From: Tubulanus polymorphus
Taxonomy: Eukaryota; Animalia; Nemertea
Reading direction: 5' to 3'
Length of the DNA stretch: 64,000 nt
Assembly (NCBI RefSeq): GCF_964204645.1
Contig: NC_134031.1
Coordinates: 8,680,001-8,744,000, forward strand
The number at the start of each line of letters is the position of its first letter. Position 1 is the first letter of the stretch. The notes beneath the pieces were generated by a model. The model saw only the letters and a list, made by a program, of their open reading frames with translations, was not told where the DNA came from and did not search any database. Below are positions 39,201 to 50,864 of the stretch, piece after piece. Position numbers and translations under genes: made by a program.

Positions 39201-39741
39201 AGGCTAAATTCAGTGAAATCGATCGTGTTCTGAAATATATATTTTCCTGGATACATTTTGTTTATTGTAGCTATTCTATGCGGTTCTATACATTAACCTG
39301 CTATAACATATTGACCGTTTTCAAGAACCCAAAAATCCTAATTTGTCCTAAACGATATTCCAACTATTATTTTGTTAATTATTCAACTATCATCACTAAC
39401 TGGGTAAGTTAGTTGAACTTACATAAAGATATATCATTAGGGACACTTCAATTTCACACCATTCAATATCATAAGGGAACAAAATTCTTTGAAACTTGGT
39501 TAATGGTAGTTCTTAACACTAGGTTTTGTTTCCGGGATTTACTAAATGTACCAATTCTAATAATTCACTCATTGAAGCTTCTATACATTAGAAGTGAAAG
39601 CTCGTGCGTCGAAATAAATAGTTAACCTTTAAAGTACTACTCGTCTCTTCATTTAAATTCAAATAATATAAGTCTTTATTGATTCTTTTTTGATGGAATA
39701 TGCATAACTTTTTCTGGGCAAATTTCTATATTCTGTCAAGT

Positions 39742-39788
39742 CATGGACTCTAAAACGATTTAGACATTAAAACGTTTTAGAGTCCATG
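39742..39788. mobile_element. 47-bp P-like mini element or scar
   Basis: Perfect 16-bp IR CATGGACTCTAAAACG; 7-bp flanks GTCAAGT / GTCAAGG. Confidence 0.75.
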
Positions 39789-40139
39789 GTCAAGGTATTT
39801 TGGCTATAACGAGTATAACTAACTCCCTGGGGCAACGATGTGGCTGATGAAATGATCTCTCCCATTGTAATCCCACCATTTAATTACTCATTGTATAACA
39901 ACTCTCACAATTAAGCCTCGGACTCTTAAACGAATTATGAGTGCATGCTTTAGTATAGGCTCTGATATAGAGGGTGTACGTTCAAAATCCCATAGATCAA
40001 AATCCCACAAGTCAAAATCCCATAGTCAATATCCCATTGTTCATAATCCCACATATTATGATCAAAATCCCATATATTTTTATTATATACTATGGGGTAT
40101 CTTATTTTTTACTATACAGTGCCGAATACTGTAGAAATA

Positions 40140-40318
40140 ACAAGAGAAATCCCACAATAAGTTCAGCCAAAACGAGAAACTTGAATAGAAGAGTTATATA
40201 TATTTGCGCAACGTTTCGGCTAAAGACTATTAGCCATCATCAGGCGTACTGAGTACAGGAGAATTGTGGGATTTCTCTTGTTATCTTCTTACACGGATAT
40301 TGTGTATCTTCTCGTCTC
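40140..40318 (-). mobile_element. Penelope-like mini-insertion with hammerhead and inverted tail
   Basis: 12-bp TSD ACTGTAGAAATA (40128-40139, 40319-40330); the segment acaagagaaatcccacaat is inverted internally as attgtgggatttctcttgt. Confidence 0.8.
40207..40246 (-). ncRNA. Minimal type I hammerhead ribozyme motif
   Basis: CGC-CUGAUGA-U-GGCUAA(uagucu)UUAGCC-GAA-ACGU-U-GCG: stem I CGC/GCG, palindromic stem III ACGU, GUU cleavage triplet. Confidence 0.8.
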
Positions 40319-40786
40319 ACTGTAGAAATATGTATATGTTAATAGAATATAACCTATATGCTGTATATAGGCTAATGAATGAATACAGATTGGTCTTTGA
40401 TCTAGAGGATTAGACTAATTATGATATGCTTTGATCAAAGGTGATTAAGTTGAGATTAATCAGTGTTTAGTTAACCATAGCTATAGACAGGAAAAACCAT
40501 AAGGAAAGGAAAACTAAAAGAAATGATAAGATAAGAATTACGTATACTCAATTTTCTACTATAAACTTCTAATAATATTCTATTATTCACAGTTTCATTC
40601 AGTACAATTCTGTCTCACATACATTAATCATTCTAAACACTTATTCTAAATCATTCTATATACAAACTTGGAAAAAACGATATATTATCACAAATCAGCA
40701 CATTTTCTTTTCAGTATAGCATCTATTATAAACTAATTTCAGACAGACAGGACGGATCTCGAGATTTAACTGGAAGATCTCACGAA

Positions 40787-41339
40787 TTAACACAAGAGGC
40801 GCATATTGTGTGAAATGCCTCTCAAAAACTGTGGAACACGTTTTTGTCCATTATCAAAGTCCTGACATAGATTTTTTAGCCGTTCTTGCAAGTCCACAAA
40901 TTTCTTACGAACACGTTTCGCTGGGCGTTGCCCAACGTTGTCAAGAGCAATCAATGCAGACACAGAAGCATTGTCCATTTGAAATGCATTTATGGTTCTC
41001 CAAATTGAGGGATGACGATGTCCCACCATGTTAAAATATTTACAATTCCAAGATTCACAGATATTATTGGTCCTTGCACTTCCGGTTAATGTAGCATGAT
41101 TCACATTCCACAACTCTAACGAATACAACGGATTTATCCTCTTCAAGCGCATTATTCCATTAGGCGCACGAACACTTTTATATCCACCATTGACATATGT
41201 AGCATCAAAATAACCTAGTAATTCCAATGCATCATCTGGCATCAATCTGCTTCGGTGTCGAATATTTCTTGACGTACATGTAACCATTGAGACATATCTT
41301 GAATCCACCTTTAGAAGTTTTAACTATTTCTGATGCCAT
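40787..41339 (-). pseudogene. MULE transposase remnant: FLYWCH-like start fused to the C-terminal catalytic-E region
   Basis: MASEIVKTSKGGFKICLNGYMYVK joins out of frame near 41243 to LLGYFDATYV...LWNV...RTNNICESWN...HPSIW. Confidence 0.85.
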
Positions 41340-43344
41340 CTTAACGTATTGATAGCTGTTAAGAGACTGATATAATTTGCTAAGTTTTGGCCCCTTTTTA
41401 TAGCAGTATAGCCATGAGTGATAAGTGTTCAAGTAATTAAAAAATCATAATTGCATCATGCTAATTAATCAATAACTTAATTATTGACACTGAACTGAAA
41501 TCTGTTCTTTAATTAATTAACTGACCTAAGTTTGCATTCAGATGTATAGATCAGTATACATAATGTTTATAAGATGCTTTAAAAACTAAATATCATGGAT
41601 TTGCAATTTGAAGTTACCATTGCTTGTAAAACAAACCCCAACATGTGTGCACCCTATTCATGTGGAACAAATTTCGGATAAATTGTGGGATTCATATAAT
41701 AATTAAGGAGATATAATGTGCCTTTCAAGAAAAAAAACGACCAACTTTTTCACTATATATAAAATGTGTCCTTTTTCAGAGGCGCCCTTTTCGAGAAATT
41801 AAGGACATGATTATCAGATTTTGTGTTAGATGTGCCCCTGAATAGCAATCTTGTCATACAAAATTGAGTGTTTAACATGCATTTTAACATGAGGTGACAT
41901 TCAGTCAGTAATACTAACAACTTAACAATTAGTCATCCTTTAATCTAATAATTTGTTTTGTTTGAAATTGGTCAAAGCAGTAACAGCCACTCAATTAATT
42001 ATTATTAATTATCACTAACTAATTAATTATTACACATGAAAGTCATGTTTGAAGTTGTCATGTTCAGCATGTGAACTGAAGTCAATATCAATAGTGTAAT
42101 TTCCTTTTGTGAAATTATATAATACATAAATTAACAACTATCCTTTAATCTAATACATAAATCATGATCCTTTGATCTAATATCCTTTTGTTTTAAATAG
42201 ATCAGAGCAGTAAATGATACAATAGATTTAAAAACGGCCAATCAAAGGACAGCATCTGAACTGAAGTCAATTCCCCCTAATCCCTTACCCTTGGTTTTCT
42301 GAACAATACCTACCTAACTTAACTTAAATTTCAGCTGTTAGTGCTTCAACATATGTTTGTGTCTAAGATATCATATCATACATATGATGATAAGATGGGA
42401 AATACAATTTGGTAATACTAATGTATGGGATTTTGATCTTTATCTGTGGGATTTTGAATTATGGGATTTTGATTATGGGTTTTTGACATGTGGGATTTTG
42501 TAACTGTGGGATTATGACAGGGATTCGATATAGAGCATATTGTCTTGATTTAGAACATGTATGTATAAACTCTAGGCTGCAAAGAAATACGTTTTCAGCG
42601 GCTCTAATCGAGTTAAATCTTTCGTGATAGATTAACACAGAGAGGCGGCACCCAATCGCTGCTTATTGACATTAGGCACAAGTCACTGTTTTGTTCATTA
42701 GTAAAACTAATATAGAATGAATAAGTGAGGAGGGAAAATGTATAAATTAAATTTATAAATGAATTTATAAGAATTTAGCATGCATCGGAGTGCACTTAAA
42801 TTGGATTATTACAAAATAACTCACTTCAAAATTTATGATATTGTTTCATTGATATTTATTACTTTAAAGCAATTCACTTTAAGAACTTTGGTCAACAATA
42901 AGTCTGACCTGCAAATCAAATCATCGGGAGACAAAATACTGTTTCAAAAAATTATATTGCTAATACATTCCTAATCTTAACCTCTCGCCATAAACCTACT
43001 GGATTTAGGGCCTGGGGCATTTTAGATGGTTGTAGGTAAAAATCCCCTAGGTAAAATCCTCACTTGGCGATTTTTCAAGAACATTTGAAAGCACGATATT
43101 TATTCAAACATATTCATCCACAATACAACTGCAATATATATTTAGCTGTGCATTGATCTCTTTTGTTGAAATAAATCTTTAAATAAATTCATAGAATAAA
43201 TGAAATAAATGAACTTTTTATTCATACTATCTTTTCATATTTTATTCATACTATCTTTTAATTCGAACTAAATAACTCTTTTTAACTTGTGGTATAGTAT
43301 GCTTATGATATGGATTCGATTTACGTATCAATATTTTCATGTTG

Positions 43345-43472
43345 ACGGGGGCCTGATGATGGCTAATAGCATTAGCCGAAACATTGCTCGTAGAACATTT
43401 GATTTTTAGCTAAATTCATTGTGGGATTTGTCTCGTTATTCGCCATACACGGATATTGTGTATTTTCTTCTC
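43345..43472 (+). mobile_element. 128-bp Penelope-like mini-retroposon starting at its hammerhead
   Basis: 12-bp TSD ATTTTCATGTTG (43333-43344, 43473-43484); the tail cattgtgggattt.tct.gttat...tacacggatattgtgtat.ttct is shared with 40263-40318. Confidence 0.82.
43349..43389 (+). ncRNA. Minimal type I hammerhead ribozyme motif
   Basis: GGGC-CUGAUGA-U-GGCUAAU(agc)AUUAGCC-GAA-ACAU-U-GCUC. Stem III palindrome is broken (ACGU to ACAU). Confidence 0.72.
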
Positions 43473-45439
43473 ATTTTCATGTTGGTTTGGACAACTTAAA
43501 TTTTGCGATTCTAATACCTTATTAACTTTAGATGACAGTAATACCTTCAATTTACATTTAAAATATGATCACTGCTGAAAGTGTAATAAGGAATATATAT
43601 TTACTCCAGTGACAATATTTTGATTCAAAGATTAAATTCAATCATCTAGTCCGAGTCTGTATGGTAAAACTTCTGGCTAACCAATAGCTAACCGAATACC
43701 GACAATAGAAGGTGGTCGCTTAAAAATTAGTTTATTTATGCAACAGGAATCTATCTTGATTTCAAGGGCACTTCAATTAATCGTTTCAATAGTGACCACT
43801 TCAAATTAGCCAGTAGTTTAAATGACCGAATTCAATCAACCGATTCGTATCCTAAGAATGAGAATTGTATCTAACCACAGTAGTTATTCTTCATCAAACG
43901 TTCGGTCATCATATTATACATCTATACATCATTACTATCATCTTCAGTTAATAGAAGTGCAATAAAATCTAGAATCTATGAGTTGAGTTTTTTTTAACAT
44001 AATAAATTGTGTTGATTTTATGTTAGTTAAATCAAATATTGGGAATATTTTACCGGGGGATTTTTACTTTGGGGATAATAAGCTAAATTATTTTATATCA
44101 TCGGTTTTCATTAAGAAAAAAAAACAACTTTTAATCTTAACTACACTTATATTTCTTTTGGAGCATTAAGATTCTTTCATTGAATTTAATATGTTATTTC
44201 GTACAATAGTTCATGACAGTGCGTCATTCACGCTAAAATGTACAAAACTTCTTTACAGAGTTCAAAATATAAACCAACAATCTCATCTCAAGCATGTACT
44301 ATCGCTGACGTTATGGGATAAAACCAAGTCTCGATTCTTGCCTAAAATGTGGGTACATTCATTCAAATCAGGACTAAAATACGCTTATATGAATATCTTG
44401 CATGATATCATTTTACATTACGGGTGTCTCATAGGCCTGGTTTTACTTGTACATTGTCATCAATTGATTAAACATCCCAACTAACTTCTGTATTTACTTA
44501 TGGCTTAATCACCGGTATTCAATAGCTAGTCGGTTATAGAAAGACTAACCCGATAAAATTCCATTAACCGTTCGTCCAGAGTCGAACACTCGCGCGTTAA
44601 TTCGCAACGAAAGAAAATGATTGCATGAAATCTACTTTTCGTATCAATCGGCGTCCAATCTCTTAAACCATCCTAAACACAGTAGTGTAGTAGTTTGTGT
44701 CTATTTGCTTTTGCTGATGTCATTTAACATAACAATGGAAATGTATTCGTTTATTTGGAAATTATATGAAGATATGGAGTAATCATGTGACAAATCAAAT
44801 TATTACTGCAAGGCAAAACATAGCGCACTTCAGATATATGATATGGCTTAAAGACTTTTCATATATTAACAGTCCAGTTTAACGTCTATTGATATGAACA
44901 GTCCAGTTTTGATATGACTGTCGCAACAGTTGGAATAAAACCTATGAAATCTAGGGGCATTTATCTCATGAAATTTAGATTTGAGATAATTGTATTGTAT
45001 TGTATTAGGATTAAACACTTCAGTGGCTGGTGATTATTTGTGATGAAGTAATCAGTGAGATGGACTGTTGATGTAGCCTTGATTGAGGCACTCGGGTCAG
45101 ATAATATTTTTACATAAAACAGTGCATTTGTTAAAGCAGAACACATGATTTTAAACTAAATATAAGTAGCTAAACCGTTAATTTTCATTCCTAACTTTTC
45201 ATCACTCCCGATTATCAAAAATAATTCAACAGTTTGATTAACGGATAGTTGCAGTTAACAACATTTCTATCTGATAGAGAAGGTATACAGGTATACAGAG
45301 GAACAAGAAAAGAACATCCAACTAGACACTGAAAAATCTTTATTCGGGTTTTTTACCAGGGGCCTTTACCTTGGGGTATATTTAACTAGGGGATTTTTAC
45401 TGAAAGGGGCCTTTACGGGGCGAGTTTTTACCCAATCAC

Positions 45440-47005
45440 ATCGATTATTGAATGACATGTTCGATAAATCATGACAAAAACTGGTATCACTGGTACAATT
45501 TGCTAATTTTCGCTATTCGGGTGGTTCTGTAGATTATTGGCTATACCGTTGGTAACTGACTAGCTATTTGTATCACTGATCGGACTGTGAAAATATAGCT
45601 TTGACAAAACCACAACGAGAAATGAATCAAATGCAATATTTTACTCGAAAACGAGCATAACCATGGAATCAGTAACGTTTTTTTACAGTCCATGGCTGAA
45701 ATGACGCTATTGAAAAAATCAATGAGAAATACTGCCTCCGATTTTTATGACGAAAATATTGGAATGAATTCCGAACAGAATCCAATCAGGTTGTTCTTAT
45801 TGGTATTGTGTATACATTTCATTTATTAGATATTTCAAGTAATTCGTGTAATTAGGAAAAACTCGATCCAATAATGGGTTTTTCCTTCGGTTTTACGTAA
45901 TTTACAACTTACCAAATATGGACTACATGGTTTGACATTAAAACCAGTGAGCATTATGGTATCAAGTTCAACCAAAATTGATAACGATCGGCCTTTCGTA
46001 GAATCCCCCTGAAGGTCACAATTTTAGTAAATTGACCTTGGAGGTTTAAACCTCCCGAATCCAATTAGCAAAATATCGGTCCTCTATGTCGGCGACAATA
46101 AAACTACCCTGCGCGTAACTTTCTATTGTGCGCCTGCTGCGTTTTGGGCACGAGTAGCTTACGTAATCTTAATTGAAAGTTGAGATCACAGACAGATATT
46201 GAGGTCTATGGCCCACACATAACATCATAAATTGGTCAGAAAATAAAGTGTTTTGTGGTATAGATGACACGTTTGTACGATTTTACTCTGTAAATTTATC
46301 ATTTTTCAGGACTTAAGGACCAAAAATCGGCAATATTTTTGATACAAACTGAGAAAGTATCAAAACATTTGAGAACGCGTTACCAATGATTTTTTCAATA
46401 GTTTAAAATCGAACAAATAATGATACCGTAATAAAATGCTAAAGTTTATTTTCAGACTTATCCAGATAATATACACATTCGAAATACAATTAGTACTCTA
46501 CTACTGATTGTGAATTTGATTTTAACTAAGAATAGGAGCAGAGTAAACTAGGGGATACTTATTTACAATTTAGAGTAAGTGCAACCTAGGGTTACAGCAT
46601 AAAATCAGACAAACTAAAGAAATTTGATGCACGGAAACTTAGAAGTAGTAGTTTTATTATATTAGGTTTAGTGTCACTAAACCTAAGACCCATAAACATA
46701 AGACCTAGCGGGTCTTAGGTCTTAGGTTTAGGGGGTCTTGGGTTTAGTGACACCCATTGCAATGCAGCCAAATACAATAGTTAGTTGGAAATTCAATAGA
46801 AAGAGATCATTGATAAAATGACTGATCAATAATTCAGTCAACTTAAATCTATGTATGTAAATAACTTTTTCCTATTTGTTCCTACTATACTAAAATTGGC
46901 ATTTCTCCTTTGGTGCAAAATTTGGTGGCTTTTTTTCGGAGGGACGAAACAACAATGAGGTTTTTACCTCCTGATTCATACGCAATCGAGGTTCGTACTG
47001 ATCCA
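45440..47005. repeat. Right arm of the long diverged inverted repeat
   Basis: Reverse-complement homology to 37590-39200; interrupted at ~46390-46890. Confidence 0.75.
46671..46752. repeat. Small palindromic MITE-like element
   Basis: gtgtcactaaacctaagaccc ... gggtcttgggtttagtgacac. Confidence 0.75.
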
Positions 47006-47344
47006 TAATATCAGTCCCGTATGTCATCACATTCTGCACGTGATTTAAATTTACATTGTATATTGTAATACCATTTTGCTAAAATCTTTCGTATTGATCT
47101 TTTTGAATCAGTGTTACATTTCATCAAACCCACGATACTATTGTTTCATCATTTCCAGTTGGATACACCATTTTTCATGATTGTCTATCAAATTCAAGGT
47201 GCATTGCACATCATTATTTCCTGGGTTGCCTATTGGTCCACACATGGACAATACGTGCATTTAAATGATATCACCCGCGTCACTGTGCGTCAGACACGAA
47301 CACAATTCTTTCACCTGGAAACTCTGTTGTACGTTTAGTGAAGG

Positions 47345-48307
47345 ATGAACGCTTCAATGCAGAAAGCGGGAGAAACGCTCCTTTTCCCTATTGGACACAA
47401 ACGAACTGAAGTTAATCCAACCTTGTTGTCAAACTATCCATTCTATCGTTGGATATACTACGTGATTGGTGTCATTTGTCTCACTCTGGGTGTGGTAGGA
47501 AACCTCATGATACTAGTCGTGATGACTCGACCCAATTTACGTCGACTATCCTACAGTCGATTTTTTATAGCTTTGGCGTTATCAGACTCAACGTTTTTGT
47601 GTACGTCTCTGGTTGAATTAGCGAACTCCATTTGTTTCCACAGAAACGGCTCAATCTGCCTGCGTGCCAAATCATGGTCTATTTGTGTGTGTCGGGAGGT
47701 TTTCCTGTATGGCTCGGTTACCTTTGGACCGTGTATTCTCATTCTTGTGTCTCTCGAACGACTGTGTATTATACGATTTCCATTCTCCGGTCCTAGTTTC
47801 TGGACACCTACGCGTACAACCATATCCGTTTGTGTTTGTCTTATTTGTATTCTCAGTTTGTTTACCAGTCTTTTTGTCAGTAGCGTATCATTCAGTCGAA
47901 AATACGGATGTACCATCGAGGAAATGGCTCTTTTGGGTTCCACTTATATCGGTTTAGTTTTAGCCATTTACCTCCCTACCGTCGTACTTTCATTGTTGAC
48001 AATTCTTATCATAACGAGCTTAAAACGAAGCAGTAGAGACCTTGAAGAAAATAAGTCGAAACAAGGTTCGAACCAAGTTACGCTAATGGTTTTGACCGTC
48101 TGTTTATTCTTCATTGTTACAACCGCGCCAAATAGCGTCACATTGACGTTGTATTTGACACCAGGCTGGGCAAATTTGGCCGCGTTCCCTCATCAGGTTT
48201 CCTCCCTGATACAGGCGTTCAACTATTCGATGAATTTCTATTTGTACATTTTCTCCGGGAGGGAGATTCGGAAGAACGTCATAGCAATTTGTTCATGTAA
48301 ATTGTGA
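47345..48307 (+). CDS. Intronless rhodopsin-family (class A) GPCR, FMRFamide-receptor-like / Srw-type group
   Basis: 320 aa with seven hydrophobic segments: GN (TM1), LALSD (TM2), Cys near TM3 and in ECL2, SLER (DRY variant), TM5 Pro, F.....P (TM6), NYSMNFYLY (NPxxY variant), helix 8. Confidence 0.92.
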   Translation: MNASMQKAGETLLFPIGHKRTEVNPTLLSNYPFYRWIYYVIGVICLTLGVVGNLMILVVMTRPNLRRLSYSRFFIALALSDSTFLCTSLVELANSICFHRNGSICLRAKSWSICVCREVFLYGSVTFGPCILILVSLERLCIIRFPFSGPSFWTPTRTTISVCVCLICILSLFTSLFVSSVSFSRKYGCTIEEMALLGSTYIGLVLAIYLPTVVLSLLTILIITSLKRSSRDLEENKSKQGSNQVTLMVLTVCLFFIVTTAPNSVTLTLYLTPGWANLAAFPHQVSSLIQAFNYSMNFYLYIFSGREIRKNVIAICSCKL

Positions 48308-50864
48308 TCATCATGTTCACTCTTTGATTATCTATGATATTCAGTTAACTTGACTTATAAATCTCCAAAAAACACACAAGTGCTCACACAAAATTGATTT
48401 ACGTTCGTCAATTTCTAACGCACCGCATAAATGTAACGGTAGATGCCGAGATTACACGGATTCGCGTGCGTGACTGGGTTTCATTATTATTTTCCATCCA
48501 CGTTTCGTGTTTAGATATAATTATATATATATATTAGAGCTAACAAATAAATGATGATTATTTAAAAAATCAGAAATGATAAGTACCTTGATCACGAGAT
48601 TGACTGTTCAAATTCGCGCTATTTGCACATTTTGCAAAAAGGCTTTTGAATGCGTATATATTTGAATATGTATTTCTCGTGATTAAGCTTATTAAAATTG
48701 CTCAACCTGTGATTTACACGAATCAATCATATCGATGTGTCATTCAAGAGTTAGCGATGAAGAAACGAACATTGTCTGTGCCCATTGACGGTATGCAGTA
48801 TTCGGAATTAACAAGAAAATTTAGTAAAGAAATGACGGCGCCTTCGGAAAAAAATGATAGTGTGTAAGGAATGCATGATTGGATGGGTGCGATGAGTGGA
48901 AAATCTTTTACTTCAAGAATACGTATTCGTATTTATAGAGCCGTACCCGAAAAAGTAGTTCCATATGTGTTTTTCATCACAATGTGTGTACTATTGTTTT
49001 GTACAGGTTACACTGTTTATATTGCATTCACTTTTCGAATTTTCACTTGTCGGTTGGGAACTAGCTCGATTTTCCGCGCGAATAATACGCGTCGCAGATT
49101 CCGTTGATGACCTGCGACTTCCAGCTCCAGGTCCTCGATAAATAAGACGACAAGGCTCAAATTCCGATGAAACCGTGGTTTATTTCAATTAAAGCTAACA
49201 AAATCTTGGCGTTTTCAAATATCGGGTAACGTTCACTGTCTCCAGTACGTGACAAGAATGAACAAAGAAGGTGTAACATATGCATTGAAATTATTAATGA
49301 TATATGATAGTAATTCATATCTGGGACCAACTACGCTATATTGTCTATCAGCCAGGATATTTAAGGCATGTCGAAGACTAAAAGACATTTGACAATGATT
49401 TCATTCAGTGAGCGACATTTTAATCAACAAGAAAATTAATTTTTAGGCCAGCCGTAGGCTGAGCCTATTACTATACAAATGGAGCGAATTTAAATGACAT
49501 GGTTTCCACACAAAAGGCTCTTTTGCTTGCCAAGTGAGGGCATATTCGAACAAATCACGTATTTAAGCGTAATCCATTCTCGGAATCGTAGCGAGCAGAA
49601 TTTTGAAATAGGGTCTCATAAAAATGTTTTCTGCATTTTTCACGAAAGTTAAATCGGGAAAATTTCAATTTTTATCAGCCAATCAGGAAGTTGTGTCTTC
49701 CCTGTGATTGGTTTATCTGAAAATATCAGCAGCTGTTCACGTGAATTATCGCGATTTCATTACTGGCGCTTTTGCGCATGACGTCATGTATCAACAAGCG
49801 ACAATACTTCCGCGTTCGCTACGTTTTCGCTGATTGGCCCATTTACTGGGAAATTCCACAGAAGCCTAATGTGGTTTGTTACAAGCGCTGTGATTGGCCC
49901 GACCCGATTCTGGCATGGCTTTAGCTTAGTGGGTTCGAATCCCTTGACGGGTGAAGATGATGGATCCTATCAATATCTATTAAAACAAATAAGTTTCCCG
50001 GTTGGGCAGCCGCGGATATCTACCGGAAGTGTTCCGGTTCGATATTTCGAGGTTTCTTTGAATTTTGGAGTGATATTGAAATCCGGTAAATACCAGCGGT
50101 AGATTGTGAAAACCCATTGCATGATATTTGTATTACTTAATCAACGAAAAGCGTCGGGGCCGCGCCTGGAGTTTTCGTGATTCAAGTAGCGCAATAGCCT
50201 ACTTCTTCGTGTTCGTCCACCTCAATTTTCACTCCGCCGATCTCTGACACGGCTCTGTCCCCGTCGGCGCTGTGATTGCACTTTCGTACCACCAAACTTT
50301 TTTATTTCTATATCAGGGAGGTCTGGAGAATAAAAAAGTCAAAATTTGGATATCACATAGGCCTGATTTCATCGAATAAGTCGACCATGGTCGTTACGTT
50401 TCCGTACTTATTACCACCTAAAACCGTCTGAACAATTTTGTCACAACCAACATTTCGTTTACAGAAATCAGGTGTTCACGTGAATCCGCGGTATCGTCTA
50501 CTGTTTTACTTCCGGGTTTTATTTTAAGATTTAAAATTGTATTTCAAGATCGATTTCTATGAAATCTTTAGTTGATTTGGTGTTTGGGAGGAATTTTTAT
50601 TTGCTCTACAGAAAATTCATCCTTGACAATTGCGCAAGGTTCGCGAAAAAAAGGTTTTACCAAATCGGGTGTATGACCTTGATATGCTAATTAGCCATGT
50701 GCCCGAATTGAAAATTCAATCAAATTTTATTCTGCCAAAAAAATGTTAAATACAATTCGCTTTCCGAGAGTTAATGGTATGCTGCATGGAACAAAGTTGT
50801 TTTGAGATGGGTCTTGAAGCTATTGAGGTCGAGAGATAACCATCTAGATAGTTCGTGAGAGTTC

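Larger units (their letters stand above)
39973..42526 (-). mobile_element. Internally deleted Mutator-like (Phantom/FLYWCH-type) transposon
   Basis: Perfect 9-bp TSD GATATAGAG (39964-39972, 42527-42535); TIRs built of tandem CAAAATCCCA units; transposase remnant inside. Confidence 0.92.
43020..45440. mobile_element. Possible MULE-like non-autonomous element
   Basis: ggtaaaaatcccc repeats at the left end and ggggatttttac/ttttacc repeats at 44040-44080 and 45345-45435. No TSD found. Confidence 0.4.

Noticed and set aside
47551-47957. Antisense and alternate-frame ORFs over the GPCR (likewise over the gag and TOR1AIP exons)
   Set aside because: Shadow ORFs with no recognisable motifs.
49205-49248. 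Degenerate minus-strand hammerhead (CTGGAGA...GAAAACG)
   Set aside because: Core mismatch, weak stem II and no stem I. At most a decayed remnant.
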